DNA of 64,000 nucleotides. It comes from a virus. Its lineage: Duplodnaviria; Caudoviricetes. The stretch is from positions 3,360 to 67,359 of IMG/VR virus record IMGVR_UViG_2974752881_000001, one strand, 5' to 3'. Made by a program: the position numbers and the translations under genes. Each line of letters begins with the position of its first letter. Positions within the stretch are counted from its first letter, which is position 1. Positions 37,681 through 47,122 of this stretch are shown one piece after another. Under the pieces are notes generated by a model. That model saw only the letters and a list, made by a program, of their open reading frames with translations, was not told the origin of the DNA and searched no databases.

Positions 37681-40232
37681 CCGGAGAGCCGGAAGCCGAT
37701 GAAGATCGTCTCGGAGGTCACCTTGTCGCGACGGCGCACGGTGGCCTTCTTCGTGGGGTAGCCGTTCTCTCGCATCCGCGAGTAGAACTCCCGGCGGCTG
37801 AGCGGTTCGACCTCTTCGCGCTTGGACCACTGACGGAACAGGTCGTAGACCTTCATCGCGATCTCTTTGCCGTCTTCGTCGGCGGTGAGCATCTCGGCCA
37901 GGAAGGTCTGGAACGTCGAGGTCCCCGCGATGAACATGGCCCGGCGCTTCGAGACCTCCTTCGGCAGGCTCTCGTCGAGGCCCTCCAGTAGGTAGTCGAG
38001 CAGCCCGTCGACGAGCCAGGACAGCACCGCGCGCAGGGCTTCGGGGACGTCGCGGATCGGCGTCACGTCGGCGTTGCTCAACGGCACGGCCTTGTCGAAC
38101 GGGAGCACGAGCAGACGACGCCAGAGCGCGGCGTCGCCGTCCTCGATCGTCGGCATGGAGTTGGTCGCGATGATCGGTGTGAACATCGGGGTCCGCTGGA
38201 CCATCACGTTGCTGTAGAGCGCGCGAGCGGTGACCGAGTCGCCACCGGTGAGCCGCTTGATCACGTCTGAGTGGAGCCGGTTGCGCTGGCCGACCTCGCT
38301 AGCGAAGACCACCCGGCGGGGGAAGGCCGCGATGATCTCGGGCATGGGACCGGCCTCGCGCTTCTGCCGGAACAGGCCGTTGATGTCGATCGACCCGGCG
38401 TAGTCGCCGAGCGCCGCCTGGCACGCCTCGATGATCGTCGTCTTGCCGGTCGAGGTTCCACCCTGGAGGAAGATGATGCGGCGCTGGGGGTTTCCGCCCA
38501 TGAAGGCGTAGCCGAAGACCTTTCGCACGTAGCGCCGGTACTCCCGGTCGGGGAGGAACGTGTCGAGGTAGCTCTCCCACAGCGGGTGGGTGTAGTTCGG
38601 CTCGTAGGCGACCGGGGTGTGCTGGAGGATGAGGTCTTCGGGTTTGCCCTTGCGGCACAGCGAGTCGTATTCAGCGATGCCGTTCGTCGCGCCGGTCAGG
38701 TCGAGCACGCCGTTGCCGACGCCCCAGGTGAGCCGGTTGGTGTCGAAGTCCGCGGGGTCGATCGGGTTCTTCGAGAGCACGTGGGCCATCGACATCGAGT
38801 GCTCGATCTTCATTCGGTTGCCCGCGTCGGTGGCCCGCTTCTCGAAGTCCTTGGCGGCCTTGAAGCTGTCATCGGCCTCGACATCCCCGGCCTCCTCCTG
38901 GAGGTTGCCGCGATGCCATGCAGCCCCCGCCGCGGCGCGCAGGGACGCCTGGACCGAACGCGACCACAACAGGCCGTAGGTCTCGGACTTCGACAGCTTG
39001 ACCAGCCTGCCGATCTCGTCGTCCCACCAGGCCCACTCGTCGGCGCCACCGCGGATCGGACGGATGGAGTCACCGAGCGCGTCGAGGAACATGTGGGCCC
39101 GGCCGGAGTCGCTGTCTTCGTATTCGCTGGCGTCGACGATGGTGTTGCGGCGCTCGATCCACTGCTTCAGCGTCTTCTCGCGGAACACCTCGATGTCGAT
39201 CTCGCCGTCGGCCGCGGTGTAACCGCCGACCGTGGAGATCCGCACCATGCCGTTGGCGATGTCGTCGCGGAGCTTCGAGACTTCCCCGCACACCGCGCGC
39301 CGCCACTCCAGCTTCGCGCTGGTCAGGTCACGCCGGGCCTCACCGTCGTTGGCGCCGAGGGTCTCCTCGAAGAAGGCCTTGCGCACCCGCTGGATGCCGA
39401 TCTCCAGGCCGTGGTGGCCCTCGGCGGCGAGCTGCACGATCTCATGGAGACGCGCGACCATCATGTCGTGCGCACCGGCGCTCATCTGGTCGGCGAGCTT
39501 GCCCGGCTCCGAGGCGCGGTCCATCTGGCCGGACGGCGCCTCGGCGTAGCCGGGGATCTCGTCCTTCAGCCAGGCGAAGGCGAGGTCGATGTCGTTGATC
39601 TCGTCGACGATCACGCGGTCGCCGCTGGCCCACCCCTTGAACATAGCCTCGCGCCAGTTGTCCGGAAGGTGAGGGAGGTCGGAGACGACCGGCGGCTCGT
39701 CGCAGGGGATGTCGTCGGCGTCATACCAGCGGTAGTGCCGCGGGGGATCGACCTTGCCCTTGTCCCAGGTGACGACGGACGGCCAGGTGATGGCGTAGCG
39801 ATGGGTGCGCTGGATGATCTCGATGTCCGGGCCGGGCTTGCCGACCCACTTCGCTCCGGCGGGGACGAGGTAGAACCGGATGCCCGAGGGGTTCTCGGGA
39901 TCGCGCGAGGTCGAGCGCCACGTGCTCGGCAGCGGGCCGTACTGCTCGATCAGGGTGTCGAGGGTCTCGCCGCCGGACTTGCTGTCGTACTGATCGACGT
40001 CGATGCCGATGACTTCGTACTTCTCACCGTCGATCGTGACCGTCGGCATCCGGACCCCGATGTTGCTCTCGGGGATCTCCTCACACCAGTTCTCGACGTC
40101 GATCTCGGTGATGTAGGGCTTGTTCCCGGTGGTGTCGTCGGGAGGGGTCGACTTCAACCCCTCGGGGATCGGGAGTGGGCAGTGCCAGCCCCGTTGCAGG
40201 TACACACCAGCGTGGTCCCCGTAGATCGTCAC
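37671..40232 (-). CDS. DNA primase/polymerase-SF3 helicase fusion
   Basis: Prim-Pol N-terminus (NIGVRMP, IGIDVD, GIRFY); D5-like helicase GGTSTGKTT; start at the GTGA overlap 40232. Confidence 0.92.
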   Translation of the reverse strand: MTIYGDHAGVYLQRGWHCPLPIPEGLKSTPPDDTTGNKPYITEIDVENWCEEIPESNIGVRMPTVTIDGEKYEVIGIDVDQYDSKSGGETLDTLIEQYGPLPSTWRSTSRDPENPSGIRFYLVPAGAKWVGKPGPDIEIIQRTHRYAITWPSVVTWDKGKVDPPRHYRWYDADDIPCDEPPVVSDLPHLPDNWREAMFKGWASGDRVIVDEINDIDLAFAWLKDEIPGYAEAPSGQMDRASEPGKLADQMSAGAHDMMVARLHEIVQLAAEGHHGLEIGIQRVRKAFFEETLGANDGEARRDLTSAKLEWRRAVCGEVSKLRDDIANGMVRISTVGGYTAADGEIDIEVFREKTLKQWIERRNTIVDASEYEDSDSGRAHMFLDALGDSIRPIRGGADEWAWWDDEIGRLVKLSKSETYGLLWSRSVQASLRAAAGAAWHRGNLQEEAGDVEADDSFKAAKDFEKRATDAGNRMKIEHSMSMAHVLSKNPIDPADFDTNRLTWGVGNGVLDLTGATNGIAEYDSLCRKGKPEDLILQHTPVAYEPNYTHPLWESYLDTFLPDREYRRYVRKVFGYAFMGGNPQRRIIFLQGGTSTGKTTIIEACQAALGDYAGSIDINGLFRQKREAGPMPEIIAAFPRRVVFASEVGQRNRLHSDVIKRLTGGDSVTARALYSNVMVQRTPMFTPIIATNSMPTIEDGDAALWRRLLVLPFDKAVPLSNADVTPIRDVPEALRAVLSWLVDGLLDYLLEGLDESLPKEVSKRRAMFIAGTSTFQTFLAEMLTADEDGKEIAMKVYDLFRQWSKREEVEPLSRREFYSRMRENGYPTKKATVRRRDKVTSETIFIGFRLSGQP

Positions 40233-40639
40233 ATCATCTCCTCGATGCTCTTCTGTCCCAGGATGATCTCGTCGGCGTTCTCGAAATGGACGCCGCACCC
40301 CGGGCAGAGGAACGGATAGTGCAGGTAGTCACGGAAGTAGCTCAGATGAGCATCGCACAGCATGAACTGACTGACGAGCAGCCCGTCGGCAAAGACGTAG
40401 TCCTCGAACCTCTTTCCCACCCGGGCGAAGTTCCGAGGGTCGTTCCAGCAGGGGCACAGCCGGGCCGCGTACATGACGGTCGTGCGGTTCTGGCAGCCCT
40501 CGGGATCGACCTCGGCGAGGCGGAGGTTGTCAGGAAGCGTCGATTGCGTGCGACGAGTGGTCCACAGCATCCTCTTCCCGTCGCAGGTCAGACCCCGAGG
40601 CTGGAAGTCCAGCTCGGAGAGAACCTTGTCGATGTCCAC
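40229..40639 (-). CDS. hypothetical Cys-rich protein
   Basis: 136 aa; CPCW, CDAH, CPGC. Confidence 0.75.
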   Translation of the reverse strand: MDIDKVLSELDFQPRGLTCDGKRMLWTTRRTQSTLPDNLRLAEVDPEGCQNRTTVMYAARLCPCWNDPRNFARVGKRFEDYVFADGLLVSQFMLCDAHLSYFRDYLHYPFLCPGCGVHFENADEIILGQKSIEEMM

Positions 40640-40949
40640 GGTGCAGCCCTTCGGTTCGAGTGATCAGCTCACCGCCGTAGATCCCCTCGGCCCGCGGGTC
40701 CGAGCGTCCGGCAGCGAGGCAGACGAGACGCTCGGGGCACGCCCGGCACACCGTCTTCGCAGCTTCGTGCCGGTCTGCACGTGCGACCGAGCTCTCGCCC
40801 TTCGCGTTCTTCTCGCCCCCGCCGTCGAGTTCCGCGTCCCACAGCCATCGCCCCTGGAAACGATCGGCGCAGCACAAGGCGACGCGCCAGTTGACCGCTC
40901 GCTGAGCGGGGGACAGCGGGAACGCGAGGAGGGGGCTGGCCTGGCTCAC
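40530..40949 (-). CDS. whiB: WhiB-family Fe-S transcription regulator 1
   Basis: NWRVALCC...AKTVCRACPERLVCL...EGIYGG; start at GTGA overlap; tail overlaps the next gene by 110 nt. Confidence 0.8.
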   Translation of the reverse strand: MSQASPLLAFPLSPAQRAVNWRVALCCADRFQGRWLWDAELDGGGEKNAKGESSVARADRHEAAKTVCRACPERLVCLAAGRSDPRAEGIYGGELITRTEGLHRGHRQGSLRAGLPASGSDLRREEDAVDHSSHAIDAS

Positions 40950-41218
40950 TGCTTCGGCGGCCGGGCTCCGAGGATGTTCTGACGAACGACCTCTGGGTTG
41001 AAGTAGACCAGGACCCCTTGCATCTCCAGACGTTCCGCGACGAGTCGCATCATGTTCTCGTTGGAGATGCCCTCCTCCGGGTCCCAGTCGTCGTCGAGCC
41101 GCTTGACCGGGTGGACGTCTCGCCCGGCCCGGAGCTTGCCCGCTTCGTAGTCGTTCGCGATGGAGGCGACGGTGGCGGTCAGCCGTTCCGTCACCTCCAT
41201 CGGGGTCAGCTTCTTCAT
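40946..41218 (-). CDS. hypothetical protein
   Basis: ATGA overlap (MKKLTPMEV...). Confidence 0.75.
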   Translation of the reverse strand: MKKLTPMEVTERLTATVASIANDYEAGKLRAGRDVHPVKRLDDDWDPEEGISNENMMRLVAERLEMQGVLVYFNPEVVRQNILGARPPKQ

Positions 41219-41673
41219 GCCCCCACCGCCTGATTGTCGAGGAGAGCAGCGATGCTCTCCCGGTAGTACCGAACTTGCTTCGGACCCAGCGGTCGGGTGC
41301 CGATGATCTTGCTCTCGCGCTCCCACCGACGCAGGGTCGGCCGCGACACCCCCAGCTCCATCGCCGCGGTGTTGGCGTCGACGGTCTCCCGCAGAACCTC
41401 GCGCAGCTTGGCCGACTTCTCCGGGTCGATCTCGATCGGCTTGTCCTCCCACCGCGTGTTCTCACGACGGCGGGCCAGCTCGGCCACGATCTGGTCGTGG
41501 TTGTCGAGGATCTGATCCAGGTAGACCCGGCGGTGATTGCCGCTCGTCTGCGCGATCTTCAGGCTCTTCATGCCCTCGATCACGGCGCGGCGCAGCGTGT
41601 AGTCATGCACGCCGATGACCTCCGCGGCCTGTTCTAGGCTGATGAGCACACCTCGGCTCTTCCCTCGTGCCAT
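41215..41673 (-). CDS. tandem MerR/excisionase-type HTH DNA-binding protein
   Basis: ISLEQAAEVIGVHDYTLRR and VDANTAAMELGVSRPTLRRWE...RYYRESI; SD GAGGA. Confidence 0.85.
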   Translation of the reverse strand: MARGKSRGVLISLEQAAEVIGVHDYTLRRAVIEGMKSLKIAQTSGNHRRVYLDQILDNHDQIVAELARRRENTRWEDKPIEIDPEKSAKLREVLRETVDANTAAMELGVSRPTLRRWERESKIIGTRPLGPKQVRYYRESIAALLDNQAVGA

Positions 41674-41693
41674 GACTTCCTCTTCTCGCTTGT

Positions 41694-42431
41694 TCAAGTT
41701 GACCTCAACCCTAGCATATCCCGCCGGTTGGCTTCGGCGAGGAGAGGCCACCGCTCGAAGATCTTCGTGCGGCTCTCGCGAGTCTTCCGTATCAGCAGGA
41801 GGGCATGGCGGTCAGCATCACGTGCGTGTCGGCCCCCAGATGCCCACATGCCCCACAGTTTCAGCCGCTCGTCGGTCGCTGTCGTCTTGGCCTCGCTCGG
41901 CTGCTGCTTGGTCACCGTGACGTTCTTGGACTCCCAGATCAGGAACTCCAGGATCGCGGTGATGCGCACCGGAGAGAGAGCGTCGCGAGCCTTCGACTGG
42001 GTGCGCAGGGTGAAGTCCTCGATCACCACCGCGGTGTTCAGTCGCTTCGAGTGGAGGGAGATGAGGTGCTCGCACATGAACGCCCCGGCCCACTCTCCCT
42101 CCTCGGACGCGCTCAGGTCGTACTGCGCGGCGGCCGACGACAGCGCGCCGGACCCCGCTCCGCAGTCGATCTCGCCGTGCCACCAGCGGGTGACGACCTC
42201 GTGCGCACGGACGTTTTTGTCGAACAGACGTTCGATGTCGAGGTTCATGACCGACCAACCGGTCGTCCCGCCGGGGTCGAACGACACGATGTTCACGCCC
42301 CGGTCGAGGGAGTCCTGGATCTCGGGGTCGGTCCGGTCGCGAAGCCGTTCCTCCAGCGGGTCCGGGTAGTCCGGGCTCTTGAACTGCCGCCGCCGGTCGA
42401 GCCAGTAATCCGGCGTGTCGAGGGGCTTCAC
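41694..42431 (-). CDS. RuvC-like Holliday junction resolvase
   Basis: VSFDPGGTTGW, VVIEDF, HARDADRH; start at GTG 42431. Confidence 0.85.
   Translation of the reverse strand: MKPLDTPDYWLDRRRQFKSPDYPDPLEERLRDRTDPEIQDSLDRGVNIVSFDPGGTTGWSVMNLDIERLFDKNVRAHEVVTRWWHGEIDCGAGSGALSSAAAQYDLSASEEGEWAGAFMCEHLISLHSKRLNTAVVIEDFTLRTQSKARDALSPVRITAILEFLIWESKNVTVTKQQPSEAKTTATDERLKLWGMWASGGRHARDADRHALLLIRKTRESRTKIFERWPLLAEANRRDMLGLRST
41699..41716 (-). promoter_or_regulatory. extended -10 promoter (TGC-TAGGGT) overlapping operator TTGACCTCAA, upstream of the HTH gene
   Basis: minus strand ATATGCTAGGGTTGAGGTCAAC; same arrangement as at 48899. Confidence 0.6.
42220..42235. promoter_or_regulatory. perfect actinobacterial SOS box TCGAAC-AGAC-GTTCGA (intragenic)
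   Basis: exact TCGAAC-N4-GTTCGA match. Confidence 0.55.
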
Positions 42432-42472
42432 CGGCCGTCGAGCGTGTAGCTGACGACGAGCATGATCTTCAT
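42428..42472 (-). CDS. 14-aa bridging mini-ORF MKIMLVVSYTLDGR
   Basis: ATG overlaps the dnaE stop (ATGA); its TGA overlaps the resolvase GTG (GTGA). Confidence 0.5.
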   Translation of the reverse strand: MKIMLVVSYTLDGR

Positions 42473-45400
42473 AGATCCTCCAATTCGATGAGGCTGACGT
42501 CCTCGGCCTGCACGGCGGGGCCGTGCCCGTCGCGCGCACGGCCGAAGACATGGATGGCGGTGTTCGGGGTGACCTCGGCCAGCTCGCTGGCGAGATCGGG
42601 GTAGAGGAACCGGTGGATGTAGACGTGGACCTCGATCCCCTCGCCGTCCTCGGCGATGATGGTCGCCTTCGTGGTCTTCTCCGGCGAGTCGAGGCTGGCC
42701 CGAATGTCCTCGGCCGACCGGCCGGTGCGCCGACGCTGTTGCTCGACCTCGTCCTTGATCACGACGTCGCGGATCAGGCCGATGAAGACGATGCGGTCGC
42801 CATCGCAGTCGGCGATCAGGTTCGACGGGGTCGAATCGCCGAGCAGCGCGAGGTCGCCGTCGGCGATGGCCGACTCGATGGAGCCGACCGCACGCGCGGC
42901 CCGGTTGATCCCGAAGGGGTCCGGTTCGTCCATGGCCCGGAGCTTCTCGATCATCTTCGGCCCAACGCCGGGGACACCGCGCGACGGCTCGTCGGGCTTG
43001 GTCTTGCGACCGGTCTTCGGCGCCACGTACCGCATGTCATCCCAGGTCAGACCGACGAGCTTGAAGTCGACCGGCCCCCTCTCCTCGGCGGGGGTCGCCC
43101 GAGCGTCTCGCCACTCGACCATCTTCCGGCCGACCTTCTCCGCGATCCCATCGACCTGGGTGAACCCGGCACGGATCGAGCGAGGGCCCTTGAACCGGCG
43201 CTGGATCGGGCTGCCGTCCTCGTTGAGTCCGCGGAACTCCTCGGTCGACATCGGCTCCCAGGTGAGTTGTGACATCGCGAGGCTCGGCGGGACGATACTC
43301 ACCTGGTGTCGCGCTGCATCCTTCATGAGGGCCAACGCCTGATCCTTGTCCGCGCGGCGGAGCGCCGCCGTGAAGAACTGGACCGGGTAGTAGAGCTTCA
43401 GCCAGGCGAGCCAGTAGCCGATGACGGCGTAACAGACCGCGTGCGCGATGTTGAACAGGTAGCTCGATGACGCGGCCATGTAGTCCCATAGCTCGCGCGC
43501 GTCGGCCTCGGTCATCCCGACCTCGCGCTTCATACCGTCCCGGAACTCTTCCCAGAAGGCCTCGAAGGCACCTCCCTGCTTCTTCTTCCCGATGATCCGG
43601 CGCAGTGCGCCGACCCGCGCGCCGGGCATCCCCGCGGCACGGCCCATGTCCATCACCTGTTCCTGGTAGACCAGGCAACCGTTGGTGGTCGAGAGCACGC
43701 CGTTGATCTGGTCGAATCCCCACCAGTCACGCGGCTCTTCGGTGCCGAGTTCGACGGCCTCGTAGTGGCCGGTCTGACCCGAGATCAGCGCGCCGGGACG
43801 GGAGAGCGCGTTGATGTCGGCGAGGTGGCGGAACTCGAACTTCGTGGCACCGGCCAGGTTGTTGACGATCCCGCGGGTGGTTCGGCCGTCGAACTGGAAG
43901 ATGCCGGTCAGGTCGCCGGTCCCGAAGACCTCGTCAAACACCCGCTGGTTGTCGCGGGGCAGCGCGTAGAGGTCGGTCCAGCTCATCCCGATCCACCGCA
44001 GCACGTCGGAGATCAGGCCGAGAGTGGCCAGCCCGAGGATGTCGAGCTTCAGCATCCCGAGGTACTCGGCGTCGCGCTTGTCGTAGGCGATGCCTCGGCG
44101 GGTCTTCCCGTCCTTGTTCACGGTGTAGATCGCGCACGTCTCGACGATCGGCTTGGTCGAGATCACCAGCCCAGCCGCGTGGATGCCGAGCCCGCGGTAG
44201 TCGCCCTCGATGTCGGCGGCCATGCGCAGGTCGGGGTACTTCTCGACGATCTCCTTGGCCCGGTCGAAGCTGGCGATGGCGTCGACGACAGAGAAGTTCT
44301 CCCGTGGGTCGCCGTCGTCGCGATCGACAATGAGGTCCTTCAGCTCGTGGATCTCGGAAAAGTCGAGCAGCTCGTGAGCACGCGCGACGTCCTTGACCGA
44401 GGTTCGGCCGCGGTAGCGCATGTAGTTGGCGATGTGGCTGGTCTTGTCGGCGCCGTACTTGCTGGTGGCGTAGTCGAAGACGGCCTTGGGGTCCTCGAAG
44501 TCGATGTCGATGTCGGGGTCGTCCGGCCGCGACGGGTCGATGAAGCGCTCGAACTGCATGAGCGGGAACTCCATCGGGTCGATCTCGGTGATGCGCAGGA
44601 GGTAGCAGATCTCCGACCCGGCAGCCGAACCACGACCGGGCCCGACACCCATCTTCGCGACGTCCTTGGCCCATCGGACCAGGTCAGAACACACCAGGAA
44701 GTAGTCGCAGAATCCCTTCTCTTCGAGCAGGCCGAACTCGTAGTGGATGCGCTCCAGGTAGGCGTCGGTGTCGGCGTCCCACCGCTGCGCGAAGCGGGGG
44801 TCGGTGTTCGCACGGAACTCGATTCCGTCGTTGACCCACTCGCGCAGCCGGTCCGGCGCTGACATCTGCTTGCCGCGCTCGATGTAGATGACGCGCTCCG
44901 ACTTCGGCAGCTCGACGGTGCAGCGATCGGCGATCTCGCGCGCACCCTGGACCGCGGACTTCGCCTCGGCTCGGGAGAGATCGCAGTCGATGAGCTTCTG
45001 GAGGCAGTGGGTGTCGGACTCGGGGTAGGTCAGCCGGACGTCGTACTCCCAGTCGGCGTCCTGGGTCGACACCGTGCCGCCGCGGTGCGCCGCGTGCAGC
45101 ATCCGCTGGACGGCGTTCTGATCCGGGTAGGGGTAGTGGACGTCGGCCGTCGCGACGGTGGGGATGCCATCGGCCGCGGCGACGTCGGCGAAGAACTGAT
45201 TGAGCAGCACCGATCGCTCCAGCTCCGGGAACATCTGCATCTCCAGATAGAACCGGTCGCCGTAGCACTTCTGGAACCGATGGATGAGCGCGCGGGTCTC
45301 GTCGACGGACTCGTCGGTCCAGTCGTCGCGCCGGTCGCCGAGCGTCTTGCCGCCGAGCAGGGTGCAGGAGATCCACGAGTCGGCACACCCGCTGGTCACG

Positions 45401-45780
45401 ATGAGGCCGCGGGTCAGCTCGGGGTCGAGGATCTGCTCCAGGTGCAGCCGCGGGACGTACTTCGTCTGCTCCCAGGCCAGACCGACGAGTCGATTGAGAT
45501 TGCGGTACCCCTCGGCGTTCATCGCGAGCACGGTCTGGTGGAAGTGCCGTCGGCGGGGCTCGTCGGCCGGTGCGATGTCGAACTCGCAGCCGAAGATCGG
45601 CTTGATCCCGGCCTCCTTCGCTGCCTGCTCGGCTTGGACGTGCGAGGAGACGTTCCGGTGTTCAGTGAACCCGAGCGCGTTCATCCCGAGCTCGACGGCC
45701 CGGGCCACGTGGTGCTTCGGCAGCCGGTATCCGTCGCCGTGGGAGAACGAGGTGTGCGTGTGCAGGGAGACCCACTCCAT
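42469..45780 (-). CDS. dnaE: DnaE-like DNA polymerase III alpha subunit with PHP domain
   Basis: HTHTSFSHGDG PHP motif, GPGRGSAAGS, FERFIDPSR, PDIDIDF, MLKLDILGL; start ATG 45780. Confidence 0.97.
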   Translation of the reverse strand: MEWVSLHTHTSFSHGDGYRLPKHHVARAVELGMNALGFTEHRNVSSHVQAEQAAKEAGIKPIFGCEFDIAPADEPRRRHFHQTVLAMNAEGYRNLNRLVGLAWEQTKYVPRLHLEQILDPELTRGLIVTSGCADSWISCTLLGGKTLGDRRDDWTDESVDETRALIHRFQKCYGDRFYLEMQMFPELERSVLLNQFFADVAAADGIPTVATADVHYPYPDQNAVQRMLHAAHRGGTVSTQDADWEYDVRLTYPESDTHCLQKLIDCDLSRAEAKSAVQGAREIADRCTVELPKSERVIYIERGKQMSAPDRLREWVNDGIEFRANTDPRFAQRWDADTDAYLERIHYEFGLLEEKGFCDYFLVCSDLVRWAKDVAKMGVGPGRGSAAGSEICYLLRITEIDPMEFPLMQFERFIDPSRPDDPDIDIDFEDPKAVFDYATSKYGADKTSHIANYMRYRGRTSVKDVARAHELLDFSEIHELKDLIVDRDDGDPRENFSVVDAIASFDRAKEIVEKYPDLRMAADIEGDYRGLGIHAAGLVISTKPIVETCAIYTVNKDGKTRRGIAYDKRDAEYLGMLKLDILGLATLGLISDVLRWIGMSWTDLYALPRDNQRVFDEVFGTGDLTGIFQFDGRTTRGIVNNLAGATKFEFRHLADINALSRPGALISGQTGHYEAVELGTEEPRDWWGFDQINGVLSTTNGCLVYQEQVMDMGRAAGMPGARVGALRRIIGKKKQGGAFEAFWEEFRDGMKREVGMTEADARELWDYMAASSSYLFNIAHAVCYAVIGYWLAWLKLYYPVQFFTAALRRADKDQALALMKDAARHQVSIVPPSLAMSQLTWEPMSTEEFRGLNEDGSPIQRRFKGPRSIRAGFTQVDGIAEKVGRKMVEWRDARATPAEERGPVDFKLVGLTWDDMRYVAPKTGRKTKPDEPSRGVPGVGPKMIEKLRAMDEPDPFGINRAARAVGSIESAIADGDLALLGDSTPSNLIADCDGDRIVFIGLIRDVVIKDEVEQQRRRTGRSAEDIRASLDSPEKTTKATIIAEDGEGIEVHVYIHRFLYPDLASELAEVTPNTAIHVFGRARDGHGPAVQAEDVSLIELEDL

Positions 45781-46076
45781 CAGCGCATCCTTCTCAGGTC
45801 TTCGGCCATCTCCTGCATCAATTGCGCGCTGCGAGAATGGCGGTTTCGGATCGCGCGGTCCATCAGCTCGGCGCGCTCTTTCGCCCGGCGCTTCTCTGCT
45901 TCGGTCATTCGCTGCCACCCGGGTAGCGCGCGAGGTGCAATCCACCAGTGGGGCTCGGGGTGTCCGGCCTTCAGTCGACAGGCCAGGAAACCCTCGGACA
46001 CCCTGGTCTTCGTGTGGTGCGTGGCCTGGCACATCGGGGTTGGCTTCAGCGTCGGGACGCGGTTCACGATGGTCAC
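45780..46076 (-). CDS. hypothetical protein (C-x13-C-x5-H-x3-H)
   Basis: TGATG overlap with dnaE. Confidence 0.75.
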   Translation of the reverse strand: MTIVNRVPTLKPTPMCQATHHTKTRVSEGFLACRLKAGHPEPHWWIAPRALPGWQRMTEAEKRRAKERAELMDRAIRNRHSRSAQLMQEMAEDLRRMR

Positions 46077-46315
46077 TTTCCCTCCAGGTGGTTGGCGATG
46101 GCTTGCAGGCCGATCTGTACCGCGGTCTCGGGGCCGAACCGGATGATGTCGCTAGGTTGCCCGTCGACGTACTTCACCACGAGCCCGTTGTTGCGGAACG
46201 GGGTCGAGATGCCGGAGTCGCGCCATTCGATCAGCTCGTCCTCGATGGCCTTGCGGGCGACCTCTAGCAGGTCTTGGTCCTTCGCGATCTCGCGCAGTTC
46301 GTCGGCATAGCTCAT
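46073..46315 (-). CDS. hypothetical protein
   Basis: SD GGAGG; MSYADELREIAK... Confidence 0.8.
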   Translation of the reverse strand: MSYADELREIAKDQDLLEVARKAIEDELIEWRDSGISTPFRNNGLVVKYVDGQPSDIIRFGPETAVQIGLQAIANHLEGK

Positions 46316-46363
46316 GGTGTCCTCCAAAATTTCCTGGAAAATTCGCTGGGGTGGCTGGGACCC

Positions 46364-46392
46364 AATGTAAGACTTGACGTCATCTTTGTCAA
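46364..46392 (-). promoter_or_regulatory. SigA-like leftward promoter for the dnaE operon with operator in the spacer
   Basis: TTGACA-17 nt (AAGATGACGTCAAGTCT)-TACATT. Confidence 0.85.
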
Positions 46393-46616
46393 GCCCACGA
46401 TCCGCCGCGCGAACCAATCAGCCACTTCTTGAAGGTGATGAGGTCCAAGGGGGTGTTGGTGGAGTCGCGGAACTCCATCCGGCCGCCGACCTCGACGCTG
46501 TACTCGCACTCGATCTCCTGGCGGTAGCGCTCCTGGCGGTATTCGTCGACCAGACGCGCGTGGTAGGCCGAGCACTGCACGTGGTCCGGGGTACAGCGCA
46601 GATGCCGCTCGATCAC
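46389..46616 (-). CDS. hypothetical protein
   Basis: GTGA overlap (MIERHLRC...). Confidence 0.7.
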   Translation of the reverse strand: MIERHLRCTPDHVQCSAYHARLVDEYRQERYRQEIECEYSVEVGGRMEFRDSTNTPLDLITFKKWLIGSRGGSWA

Positions 46617-47122
46617 GCCGGGTCGGTGCAGTCCGGACAGCCGCCCCCGTCGCATGTCGCGCAATTCGACGTTCCAGCCTCGGTGCGGTGAATCGGCAGC
46701 GTGGCATCGCCGGGCAGGCTGCCATCCTCCGACATCTCGGCGATCACGTCGGCCAGCCGCGTGGCTGGGGTGTCGGCGCAGAGTTCGTCGACGGCCGAGA
46801 GCAGGCGCTCGAAGGGGATGGCACCGGCGACCATGGTCTGAACCTCCCCGCGGCGGGAGAGCAGGATCGCGGGGGTATTGGAGACCATGTGCTTCTCCAG
46901 GAAGAACTGGAACTGGGAGTGCGCGAGGCCGTCGTCACCGAACCACGTGTCGCCCTTGGCGAAGCGAAGTCGGCGGTAGTGGGGCAGCCGGGAGATCACC
47001 TCGACGAAGTACTCGTAGAGTGGCTCCTCGCGCTGGCCGACGAGTAACAGCCACCGGTCACTGGAGCGCCGGTCCTGGACTTCAGTGAGCGTGTCTTCGT
47101 TGTGCAGATCGTCAAACTTCAT
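46613..47122 (-). CDS. thioredoxin-fold-like protein lacking active-site CxxC, with C-terminal CxxC-x3-CxxC
   Basis: TPAILLSRRGEVQTMVAGAIPFERL resembles the thioredoxin C-half; CATCDGGGCPDC. Confidence 0.55.
   Translation of the reverse strand: MKFDDLHNEDTLTEVQDRRSSDRWLLLVGQREEPLYEYFVEVISRLPHYRRLRFAKGDTWFGDDGLAHSQFQFFLEKHMVSNTPAILLSRRGEVQTMVAGAIPFERLLSAVDELCADTPATRLADVIAEMSEDGSLPGDATLPIHRTEAGTSNCATCDGGGCPDCTDPA

Noticed and set aside
40669-40875. 68-aa ORF listed in the track
   Set aside because: The overlapping frame (40949-40530) encodes a clear WhiB motif with GTGA coupling and is the better call
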